This document shows, in pieces, positions 27,512 to 35,860 of a stretch of 59,674 nucleotides of DNA; within the stretch, counting starts at the first letter, position 1; each line of letters starts with the position of its first letter. Under the pieces are notes generated by a model, which was not told the origin of the DNA, did no database searches, and saw nothing but the letters and a program-made list of their open reading frames with translations. Location: positions 1-59,674 of IMG/VR virus record IMGVR_UViG_3300025769_000116. One strand, 5' to 3'. The stretch is from a virus. Its lineage: Duplodnaviria; Caudoviricetes. Both the position numbers and the translations under genes were made by a program.

Positions 27512-27520
27512 AATAACTCC

Positions 27521-28759
27521 TTATACAGCGATCGCGCAAACCTCGTCCTCGCATTCTTCTTCAAAATTATATGCGTCATCCCAATCACCTTTCAAACCAG
27601 CAACCTCGTATTCAGTTACACGATTTTCAAAAAAGTTAGTATGATCTGCACCGTTTAAAATCCATTCCAACCAAGGAAGTGGATTATCTTTCACTTTAAA
27701 TACAGTCTTCATACCGAGTTGTAATAAACGGCGATCAGTAATGTACCTAATGTATTGTTTGACGTCAGCCATATCCAGCCCTTCAATAGGACCGAGCTTA
27801 TAAGCTAACTCAACAAACTTGTCTTCGAGACGAACAACGTGTTTTGCCATCTCATAAATCTCTTTCTTGAATTCATCGTCAACGACACGAGGATGTTCCT
27901 TACAGTAAACCTTAAACAATTTAGAATTGCCTTCTACGTGCATAGATTCATCTCTAATCGACCATTCTACTACCTTACCCATGCCTTTCATTTTGCCGTA
28001 TCGTTGAAAACTCAACAGCATTACGAATGAAGCAAAAAGAGCAACACCCTCGTTGAATACTGACTTAGCAAGAGCGAGGCCTAAACCTTTCATAGTGTTT
28101 GTATCTGATTGCATCATATAAGCAATTTTATCAGCCATTTCAGAATATTCGAGGAACGCATGATATTCTTCGGCTGACAAACCAAGAGTCTCATTTAAAA
28201 GAGCATAAGCACGTTGATGAATACCTTCTCGAGCAGCAAATGAGCTCAACATATTACGGACTTCATTATTCTTAAACTTAGGAATGAATTGATCGAAATA
28301 GTTTTGGCCAACAGCTACGTCGGATTGAGTAAACAAACGAAGAATGTTTGTGATGTATGCTTTTTCTGTTTCATTAATTTTACCACTCTTCCAATCAGAT
28401 ACATCTTCTGATAAGTCAAGTTCATCCTCAATCCAATGAGCTTTTTCATGACGAGTTGTCATCTCAACAGCCCAAGGATAATGAAATGGCTTGTATGTTT
28501 CTGAGAACTCCATCAGCCCACCTTGCTTTTTCACCAACGCATTAGCAATACTCATAAAGTCATTATACGTACCAATGTGCTTATCATTAATAAAAATTTG
28601 TGGTACAGACTTTACATTTGGATAGCGCTGATAAAATGCCATCCTTTGTTCTTCGTCGTCTAATTTAATTTCTGTAAACGTATGACCATGTTGTGTAAAC
28701 CAAGCCTTTGCCTTCTCACAGAATGGGCAATTTGTTTTTGAATAGATTACTACCTTCAT
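27521..28759 (-). CDS. nrdB: Class I ribonucleotide reductase beta subunit with N-terminal glutaredoxin fusion
   Basis: CPFC Grx domain, then TQSD, EGIHQRAY, NEG, DESMH, NFFE...EY. Confidence 0.95.
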   Translation of the reverse strand: MKVVIYSKTNCPFCEKAKAWFTQHGHTFTEIKLDDEEQRMAFYQRYPNVKSVPQIFINDKHIGTYNDFMSIANALVKKQGGLMEFSETYKPFHYPWAVEMTTRHEKAHWIEDELDLSEDVSDWKSGKINETEKAYITNILRLFTQSDVAVGQNYFDQFIPKFKNNEVRNMLSSFAAREGIHQRAYALLNETLGLSAEEYHAFLEYSEMADKIAYMMQSDTNTMKGLGLALAKSVFNEGVALFASFVMLLSFQRYGKMKGMGKVVEWSIRDESMHVEGNSKLFKVYCKEHPRVVDDEFKKEIYEMAKHVVRLEDKFVELAYKLGPIEGLDMADVKQYIRYITDRRLLQLGMKTVFKVKDNPLPWLEWILNGADHTNFFENRVTEYEVAGLKGDWDDAYNFEEECEDEVCAIAV

Positions 28760-29010
28760 GATTCCATGGCCATTACACAAATTATAGTTTTCGGCCTAAA
28801 GTTTAGATTTTTTGGGCCTCGATTTCTAATGGGTACTACATCTGATTGACGAGGTAAATGAAATTTAGAATTTCTTCCTCCATAACTGTAGCCAATTTTA
28901 GCAAACAGCTCTGGGTATTCTTCTTTTTCTAACACCTGGCCATCGCACTCCATAAAACATTCTGGTATATCAATGCCAATGATGGTCTTAATTTCTCCTA
29001 CTATATACAT
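28756..29010 (-). CDS. Stand-alone phage tail-collar domain protein
   Basis: VGEI...CDGQ...YPELFAKIGYSYGG...FHLP; GGAGA SD before MYIVGE. Confidence 0.7.
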   Translation of the reverse strand: MYIVGEIKTIIGIDIPECFMECDGQVLEKEEYPELFAKIGYSYGGRNSKFHLPRQSDVVPIRNRGPKNLNFRPKTIICVMAMES

Positions 29011-29020
29011 TTGTTTCTCC

Positions 29021-30811
29021 TTATCCTTGACAGGATTCGCACTCATCTTGTTGTTCTTCTGTTCCGTTATTAAAGTTAATCGTTTCAGGATTGATCATAG
29101 TATCAAGTGATTCACGTTCAATTTTTTGTGAAACGTTTTCTGCTTTGTTTGATGTTTCTGTTCTTAAATAATATAATCCTTTACAGCCATCTTCCCAAGC
29201 CTGGAAATGAACCTTATGCAAATCTTTTTTATCTGCTCCTGCTTGGAAAAACAAGTTAAGGGATTGGCCTTGGCATAAATATTTTTGACGATCACCGGCC
29301 AATTTGACTATGTCACGTTGATCTATTTCAATAGCAGTTTTAAACACTGCTTTCACATGATTCGATAACGAATCTAAATGTTGTACTGATCCACCATTCG
29401 TGATAATGGATGACCAGATATCATCAGTGTTCATACCAAGTTTTTCTAATTCAGCCTCAAGATACTTATTCTTATTCAGATGAGAGCCTACACGTGTTCT
29501 TGATGTAAACGCGTTAGCCTTCCAAGGTTCAATACTTGGTGAAGTATCAAGGATCATAGAAGAATTTGCGTTCGGTGCGATCGCAAGCATATGAGCATTG
29601 CGTCGACCCGTTCCTTTCATATCAGGTGCTTCACCTTTCTTTTTTCCAAGAGCAAGGGTAGACTCAACAGACTTATCATACATCGTTTTAAAAAGCATTT
29701 CATTGTGTTCAATTGCTTCTTCACTTTCAAAAGCAATTGAGTGTTGTTGGAAATAAGAATGTAATCCCATTGCTCCAAGACCCAATGATCTTTCTTGTTG
29801 TGCTGAGTATTTAGCACGACTAATTTCATCGCCCGCGTTATCTATGAAAAATTGCAATACGTTATCGAGAAATACAATAAGATCTTCAATCATTGAAGTA
29901 TCTTTCCACTCATCAAACATTTCAAGATTTACTGAAGATAGACAACACACCGCAGTACGATCTTCGTTTGTTACGAGATGTATTTCGTTACACAAATTTG
30001 AACCTTTAATATGCAGTCCCATATCTTTTTGTGATTGGGGTAATGCACGATTAGCAGTATCAATAAAATTAAGATAAGGCTCGCCTGTACGATATCGAGT
30101 TTCAAGTATTAACTCCCAAAGCTTACGAGCTTTCATCGTGTCTCGAACCGACTTATCGTTTGGATCAATTAAATCCCAATTAGCATTAGTAGCAACAGCA
30201 ACCATAAAAGCATCTGATAAATTAACCGCATGATGTAGATTTAAATTTTTTCGATTCACGTCACCAGTAGGAATACGCATATTGATAAACTCAATAATGT
30301 CAGGATGAGAAACATCCATATATGCAGCGTAAGAACCTTTACGAGTTCTACCCTGTCGATACGCTACCATGTCAGCGTCAACTGTATGAAGGAAAGGCAT
30401 TGGTCCGGGCGCCTTTTTCGAAACTGCACGAACATCGGACCAATGACCTCCTACACCTCCGCCCTTTACCGATAGCCATCGGAGTTCGGCTGAGTGATCG
30501 ATCAAGCCATCTAAACTATCTGGCACATATGTTAGAAAGCAAGAGATGGGCAATGCCTTTGATGTTTCACCGGGTAATGGTGCATTCGAAAGAACTGGTG
30601 ATGAATACATGAACCAGCCTTTTGAAACATAATCGTATATTCTTTGTGCAAATTCTAAATCACCATCACAATAAGCAACTGCTGCTCGAGCAAACGCGTG
30701 TTGCGGTGACTTTTCGTTCTCTTGGCAATAATAGTCTTTCAATAATTTAAGAGATTGTTCCGAAAGCAACTTATCTCTTTTTGTTTCAATACGCAACCCA
30801 AGGTGTTGCAT
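29021..30811 (-). CDS. nrdA: Class I ribonucleotide reductase alpha subunit without ATP cone
   Basis: PISCF, SNLCNEI, AIAPNANSS, LYYLR, C-terminal CESCQG. Confidence 0.95.
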   Translation of the reverse strand: MQHLGLRIETKRDKLLSEQSLKLLKDYYCQENEKSPQHAFARAAVAYCDGDLEFAQRIYDYVSKGWFMYSSPVLSNAPLPGETSKALPISCFLTYVPDSLDGLIDHSAELRWLSVKGGGVGGHWSDVRAVSKKAPGPMPFLHTVDADMVAYRQGRTRKGSYAAYMDVSHPDIIEFINMRIPTGDVNRKNLNLHHAVNLSDAFMVAVATNANWDLIDPNDKSVRDTMKARKLWELILETRYRTGEPYLNFIDTANRALPQSQKDMGLHIKGSNLCNEIHLVTNEDRTAVCCLSSVNLEMFDEWKDTSMIEDLIVFLDNVLQFFIDNAGDEISRAKYSAQQERSLGLGAMGLHSYFQQHSIAFESEEAIEHNEMLFKTMYDKSVESTLALGKKKGEAPDMKGTGRRNAHMLAIAPNANSSMILDTSPSIEPWKANAFTSRTRVGSHLNKNKYLEAELEKLGMNTDDIWSSIITNGGSVQHLDSLSNHVKAVFKTAIEIDQRDIVKLAGDRQKYLCQGQSLNLFFQAGADKKDLHKVHFQAWEDGCKGLYYLRTETSNKAENVSQKIERESLDTMINPETINFNNGTEEQQDECESCQG

Positions 30812-30822
30812 AGTTTTTCTCC

Positions 30823-31008
30823 TTATTTTGAATGTGGAGGCTTCTTTACCTCGACGAACCACTCGTGTTTCCTCGACACGGGATTATATTTTTTCTTTCT
30901 AAATTTTTCCATCTTTTTAGGTTTACTAACTGTGTAATGATAATCATGTGATTCACGAGTTTGTCCTTCTGGAATCAAATACACGATGTCGTTGTCTTTT
31001 CTAGCCAT
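30823..31008 (-). CDS. rpmG: 50S ribosomal protein bL33 homolog
   Basis: YHYTVSK...KKKYNPVSRKHEWFVEVK. Confidence 0.82.
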   Translation of the reverse strand: MARKDNDIVYLIPEGQTRESHDYHYTVSKPKKMEKFRKKKYNPVSRKHEWFVEVKKPPHSK

Positions 31009-31018
31009 ATTCTAAACC

Positions 31019-31681
31019 TTACTGTATGTAGTTTTCGATTGAAGGATATACTGAACTAATTGCACAAGCAATTTCTCGGGCCAATTCAATATGTTCTTTT
31101 TGAGTACCATTGGAGCTGCGCAATTCAATATAATGAATCCAGCTACGAAGCGTACCATTAACATAAAGTCTTGAGACTGTGTTACCTTCAGGAAGTACAG
31201 CTCGAGCTTGTTCTTTAGCAATACCATTATTGATTGCCCAGCGATAAGCTCTTGATGCTGCGCTGATCACTTGTTCTTGTTGCCATTTCCATTCATCTTT
31301 TAGATATTCATCATTAACTTCAACGCTGTTTTGTCGATTTTTTTCATCTTGCAAACGAGCTTCACGAGTTTCAAATTCCAAATCTTCAAGAGGATCTGCA
31401 TATCGTTGACTAAATTCTTGAAAAGAAAATGATCTATGTCTTAAAAGCTGTCGAGCAATATCTCTTGTCGTTTCAATTTCCATACACACAGAAACCATTT
31501 CGAACGGAGACCAATGCTTATGTTTTGAAAGATACTTAAGAAGCTTTTCAGATGTTTCGGTATTCATTTGATTTGAAGGATTAGATACCCTTGCGCAATA
31601 AGCAACAAGGTCTTGAATATTTCCAAGATCTTCAAATTCACCTTGAGGTGCTTGTGAGTAACTCACCATTTTAACTTTCAT
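31019..31681 (-). CDS. thyX: Flavin-dependent thymidylate synthase
   Basis: HWSPFE, RHRSFSFQEFSQRY, AKEQARAVLP. Confidence 0.96.
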   Translation of the reverse strand: MKVKMVSYSQAPQGEFEDLGNIQDLVAYCARVSNPSNQMNTETSEKLLKYLSKHKHWSPFEMVSVCMEIETTRDIARQLLRHRSFSFQEFSQRYADPLEDLEFETREARLQDEKNRQNSVEVNDEYLKDEWKWQQEQVISAASRAYRWAINNGIAKEQARAVLPEGNTVSRLYVNGTLRSWIHYIELRSSNGTQKEHIELAREIACAISSVYPSIENYIQ

Positions 31682-32694
31682 ACTTTTCTCCATTCTATAA
31701 ATTTCAATTTTGCCTCAAGTCCTTTGTATATATTTGATTCTATAATCTCACGTACGTTTGATACGCCACCGAGAACCATTTCATTGATGTCTTTCCCTGG
31801 TAGATTATCTGGCCAAATACAAATCTGATAGCCCGAGTTAATAATTTTTTCCATTCTTTTCCCGATTTCTTTATTTCGAGGTTCTGCATCAAATATAAAC
31901 ACAGCGTTCTCTAAATGTTTCATTCCATTTACGTTGCCATCGGCTCCCGCCATTGCTACACTATTTTTAAGAAATAGACTGTCAATGGCTCCTTCGACAA
32001 CGAAGTACCTTCTACTAAAGTCTACGGTATCAAGTCCAAAAATCTTAGGATGATCTTCAAACATGATCGTAATATACCGTATACCACCAGGCTTGAAACC
32101 ACGTGCTGAGACGCCGAAAACCTGATTATGTTCATTAAGAAAAGGCAACACTAGACGAGCTTCGTCTTTATCAACATTATCAAATTTATCGGGTATTATA
32201 GAATTAATCCACGATTTAAACTCAGGTGCCCAGTACATCTTATAGTGTGTATGACTGGGAATCTGTCTTTGTTTTATATATCTATTGATAGCATGATCGT
32301 GCCGCAATTGACTCACTTTTTTTAATTTTTTTAGTGGATTGTTTTTTTTGAAAACGGGTTTCTCAAACTTTGCTGTTTCGAGAGGAAGGGGCTCAGTGTT
32401 GGCAGTCTTAATAAACTTTTCTGCTACCCAAGACTGATAAGTGACACCATCCAGTCCTTTTAAAAACCACGAGAAGGACTGGCTGACACCACAGTTATGA
32501 CAATAATAATAGAAAGAATTTTCTTTTTCTAGAAGCCATCCTCGGGCCTTAGATCTTGACTTCTGAGAATCGCCACATAATGGGCATCTAAAATTAATTT
32601 TATATGGATTAGTAGATCGTATACGAAACTGATCCAATTTAGAAGATAGCATTTGAGCATATTGTAAGTCAACATAATCAATCATAATAAACAA
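31678..32694 (-). CDS. DNA primase (gp61)
   Basis: CPLCGDS...CHNC zinc ribbon, VVEGAIDS, DINEM. Confidence 0.93.
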   Translation of the reverse strand: MFIMIDYVDLQYAQMLSSKLDQFRIRSTNPYKINFRCPLCGDSQKSRSKARGWLLEKENSFYYYCHNCGVSQSFSWFLKGLDGVTYQSWVAEKFIKTANTEPLPLETAKFEKPVFKKNNPLKKLKKVSQLRHDHAINRYIKQRQIPSHTHYKMYWAPEFKSWINSIIPDKFDNVDKDEARLVLPFLNEHNQVFGVSARGFKPGGIRYITIMFEDHPKIFGLDTVDFSRRYFVVEGAIDSLFLKNSVAMAGADGNVNGMKHLENAVFIFDAEPRNKEIGKRMEKIINSGYQICIWPDNLPGKDINEMVLGGVSNVREIIESNIYKGLEAKLKFIEWRKV

Positions 32695-32720
32695 AACTTA
32701 TTAGGGAATGTGATACGTAT

Positions 32721-32749
32721 ATTCTATCACAGTAAAATGTAAATGTCAA
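32721..32749 (-). promoter_or_regulatory. Sigma70 promoter TTGACA-N17-TAGAAT
   Basis: Upstream of the primase gene. Confidence 0.75.
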
Positions 32750-33258
32750 CCAATGTTTACGATATTTAATCCTACGCCACTGGCTATTAGTCCTATTACG
32801 CCAATAACACCCATAGCATACCACTTGGTTATTTCAAGTTGACGCACTCGAATTTCAATAGTATCAGACATATCTTTAATTTGTGCTAACATTTGCGTAT
32901 GTCTTTTTTCATTCCAAAGTTTTACTTCATTTGCAAGTGCAGCGTGATCTTTATGGGCGTTGCTCACTCTATCTTGCATGTCTTCAGCAAAATCTTGTTT
33001 AAATTCTTCAAGCTGTTCTTTTAAAGCTAGCCGCCCTTCAAGACTTTCTTTTTTTGCTTCTAGAAGTCTTTGGTCGGTATAGGATAATTTAGAATCAAAA
33101 TTTGCAAGAAGTTGCTGTTGTACCGCGATTGCTTTAGCTATTTCAGACATTTCATCAACGACAGTATCTACTTTATCAAAAAATTTTTCTATTTGTTTAA
33201 TATCTTTTTTAATAATAGCAAGATCTACTTTTAACTCGTTGAGTTCTTGTTGGTCCAT
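32746..33258 (-). CDS. Coiled-coil protein with C-terminal TM helix (holin candidate)
   Basis: Heptads then RVRQLEITKWYAMGVIGVIGLI; near the spanins. Confidence 0.55.
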   Translation of the reverse strand: MDQQELNELKVDLAIIKKDIKQIEKFFDKVDTVVDEMSEIAKAIAVQQQLLANFDSKLSYTDQRLLEAKKESLEGRLALKEQLEEFKQDFAEDMQDRVSNAHKDHAALANEVKLWNEKRHTQMLAQIKDMSDTIEIRVRQLEITKWYAMGVIGVIGLIASGVGLNIVNIG

Positions 33259-33313
33259 TTAGAACCTCCTTTAAAGTTAGTCACCGTTTATTACGCATGA
33301 TCAACAATATTAT

Positions 33314-33604
33314 TTATTTTAAAGGAAGTCTACTAGGGTTTTTTATTTCGCCTGTACCAGCGCACGTGGGACACGAGATCGTTTCTGAAGGCCTTTCTTT
33401 TAATAGTGATGTAGAATTATTAACATCAAATGCAATGAACGAGATTGCACCTATATGAACTTTGTCGCCTTGGTTAATTTCTTCATAAGGATCCAAATCA
33501 TATTTTTGGCACATTTTTACCAAAGAATTTTCTCTTCGCTCTGCAGAAGTCCATTCTCCGGTCGTATGACCAAGTGCATTATCTAGTGCTGTTATAAGTT
33601 TCAA
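33314..33604 (-). CDS. Hypothetical protein with one CxxCxGxG motif
   Basis: CPTCAGTG. Confidence 0.5.
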   Translation of the reverse strand: MKLITALDNALGHTTGEWTSAERRENSLVKMCQKYDLDPYEEINQGDKVHIGAISFIAFDVNNSTSLLKERPSETISCPTCAGTGEIKNPSRLPLK

Positions 33605-34035
33605 TCTTTATTATTATCCATCCACTCTTCAGCAGTAGTTCCTTCAGACTCAGTGGTTGCTTCGCGATAATAGATGATTAACTCTTTCTGTTGTCTGACA
33701 TAACGTCGAACCTCTTGGAAGTTCTCTGCCATTTTCTCGTATCCATCAGGTGTGAGTGCGAACACGACAAACTGACCGTCGAGCATCTTTTCGATCTCTT
33801 TCACCTTTTCTTCGATGTTCTCTTCGGTAATGACAAAGAAGTTTACATTGAGTAAATCAATCTCTTGAGGAAGAGGTGGTTGGTAGATGCGTAGAGGTAC
33901 CTTCTCAGTTACCGTTACTATCTGTGGTTCCGGTTGGATTATCTGTTCCTTCGGGCCCCACTCCAGTCTTGGCATCAGGTTGCACCCCGTCAGCAGGAGG
34001 GGTATCATCAATATCCATAAGTTCTTTTGTATCAT
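33601..34035 (-). CDS. o-spanin-like lipoprotein
   Basis: Lipobox LTGC, Pro-rich; overlaps the 3' end of the i-spanin gene. Confidence 0.78.
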   Translation of the reverse strand: MIQKNLWILMIPLLLTGCNLMPRLEWGPKEQIIQPEPQIVTVTEKVPLRIYQPPLPQEIDLLNVNFFVITEENIEEKVKEIEKMLDGQFVVFALTPDGYEKMAENFQEVRRYVRQQKELIIYYREATTESEGTTAEEWMDNNKD

Positions 34036-34411
34036 CTTCTAACATCCTAAACACTTTTTCAGTTCCATTGTTAATCCGTTTCTCGATCATGCCTGGTTTG
34101 GCACGAGCAAGTCGGGTCAAGTTGTGGTCCTTAAAGACCTTCATATAATTTGATTTCTCTTTTGCCAACTCGTTATTTGCTAAGGTAAGCTTGTTCATTG
34201 CCTCACCTTGTTTCTTGGCGTTTTCTTCTGCTGCTTTGAGAGATGCTTGCGCAGTATTAACAGCAAGTTCTAATTGAACTTGATTTTCTTTGAGAGTGCG
34301 ATTATTTGCTTCGAGTTGAACCACTTCTGATTCAAGATTTGAGACTGTTACTGAGTGGTAGGCGTACCCACCACCCAGTGCTAACAGGCATAAAAGAATA
34401 ACATAATGCAT
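33905..34411 (-). CDS. i-spanin-like protein
   Basis: N-terminal TM, long coiled coil, AKPGMIEKRINNGT. Confidence 0.78.
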   Translation of the reverse strand: MHYVILLCLLALGGGYAYHSVTVSNLESEVVQLEANNRTLKENQVQLELAVNTAQASLKAAEENAKKQGEAMNKLTLANNELAKEKSNYMKVFKDHNLTRLARAKPGMIEKRINNGTEKVFRMLEDDTKELMDIDDTPPADGVQPDAKTGVGPEGTDNPTGTTDSNGN

Positions 34412-34432
34412 AATATAAAATTCCTAATTCGA

Positions 34433-34936
34433 CTATTCTTTGTCCCAGACAGATCTAGACTTTCCAGAGCGAATCTTATCTTGTTCACCATCGTAATTTT
34501 TAATTTTAGTTGTTTTCATAACTGTACGGGTTTTACCATCAACACCAGTTACATTAACTCCTCTTTTAGTAGCAGCAATAGTAGTTTCTTTAAATGGCTT
34601 GCGTTTATTTAATCTAGGAGCTTTTTGTATTCCTTGAACAGGTTTATTTAGATTAGGATTAATTGGTGTTTGTATACCAGTCCGAATAACTCGTTCTTGT
34701 ACGTCTTCTTCTTCATGAAGAGAACCCATAAATTTATCAATTTGCTTAGTATTACCTATCACTGTTATAGTAGATAAACCGGGTTTAGAACCTTTTTCTA
34801 TTTTAGTTTTGAGCTTATGCTTTTTAGCTGCAGCTACAACAATTTTTGAACGCTTGGCGTTCAAGTCTGGCAATTCAAAATTGTCTTCGACAAGAGCGCC
34901 AAGAATAGCTTCGTTGATAATTTGTTTGAAATTCAT
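34433..34936 (-). CDS. Putative internal head protein
   Basis: MNFKQIINEA start; basic composition. Confidence 0.5.
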   Translation of the reverse strand: MNFKQIINEAILGALVEDNFELPDLNAKRSKIVVAAAKKHKLKTKIEKGSKPGLSTITVIGNTKQIDKFMGSLHEEEDVQERVIRTGIQTPINPNLNKPVQGIQKAPRLNKRKPFKETTIAATKRGVNVTGVDGKTRTVMKTTKIKNYDGEQDKIRSGKSRSVWDKE

Positions 34937-34948
34937 ATTAGAAAGAAA

Positions 34949-35323
34949 TTACTTTTTAGCGGCTTTCTTAGCATCTTTTTCACGTCGAGCGGCTTTAGTT
35001 AAGATAGCTTCGTCAGTCTTATCTTCGCCGTCATCGTCGTCGTCATCATCGTCATCATCGTCGTCAGACTTATCAGACTTACCGCTACCATCGCACTTAG
35101 AACAATCTACTTTGTTACCATCTTCATCTTCATGATAACCGACGCCTTCGCAATGAGAGCATTCCTCGTCATCGCTCTCATCGCTAGCCTCGTGCTTATT
35201 CATTTTCTTATATTTTTCTTCAAGAGCAGCTTGAATACGCTCACTCATTTCTTCAGCAAAAGCATCTTGAAGCCCTAAAGGATTATTTTCAACTGCTGTT
35301 TCAATAATTTTTTTGATAGACAT
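34949..35323 (-). CDS. Acidic prohead-core-like protein with DnaJ-type zinc finger and poly-Asp
   Basis: CSHCEGVG...CSKCDGSG; long Asp run; late promoter upstream. Confidence 0.55.
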   Translation of the reverse strand: MSIKKIIETAVENNPLGLQDAFAEEMSERIQAALEEKYKKMNKHEASDESDDEECSHCEGVGYHEDEDGNKVDCSKCDGSGKSDKSDDDDDDDDDDDDGEDKTDEAILTKAARREKDAKKAAKK

Positions 35324-35362
35324 TTGGTCTCTCCTAACTTTAAATTAAACAATCTATTCGTT

Positions 35363-35370
35363 TATTTATA
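35363..35370 (-). promoter_or_regulatory. T4-type late promoter TATAAATA
   Basis: Exact match. Confidence 0.65.
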
Positions 35371-35372
35371 TT

Positions 35373-35828
35373 TTAAATTGCTTCCATGCGCTTCATTAAT
35401 CTTTCAGCGCGATTAGTTACTTGTGTATACCACAACGAATCTCTACCTTCAATAGCAGCTGTTTTCCAATCATGCTTAATAACGGCAGCGTTGAATTTAC
35501 GAAACTTAGATAATCTTGTTCTACCCATGTTGAACATCATATTCACAAGAATTTCTTGACATTCGACAGGAAGTACGTCCCATCCTTTTTCTGTATAGAG
35601 AATTTGACATTCAGAAATAGCAACGTTTAAATCTTTTTGAAATGCATCTTCAACTCTTTCTTCTGATACTCTTGTACCGATTTCTTCACCGTACTCTGGA
35701 TCAGTTTCTAAAATAAGATGGCCAACACCGAACGTAGGCAAGTCAAGATGATCGAGATAGATTTTATATTCTACACCTTCATCTTCTCTAAGTTGATTAA
35801 ATACTCTTTTGCGTGCATCAAGATCCAT
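35373..35828 (-). CDS. T4-type lysozyme (GH24)
   Basis: DEG...YLD...TFGVGH, NMMFNMG, SLWYTQV...RA. Confidence 0.92.
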   Translation of the reverse strand: MDLDARKRVFNQLREDEGVEYKIYLDHLDLPTFGVGHLILETDPEYGEEIGTRVSEERVEDAFQKDLNVAISECQILYTEKGWDVLPVECQEILVNMMFNMGRTRLSKFRKFNAAVIKHDWKTAAIEGRDSLWYTQVTNRAERLMKRMEAI

Positions 35829-35860
35829 TTTTATAACTCCTAAAGTAAAATTATCTATTT

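Noticed and set aside
35025-35066. (TCA/TCG)n trinucleotide repeat as an independent repeat element
   Set aside because: It simply encodes the poly-Asp tract of the 34949-35323 protein
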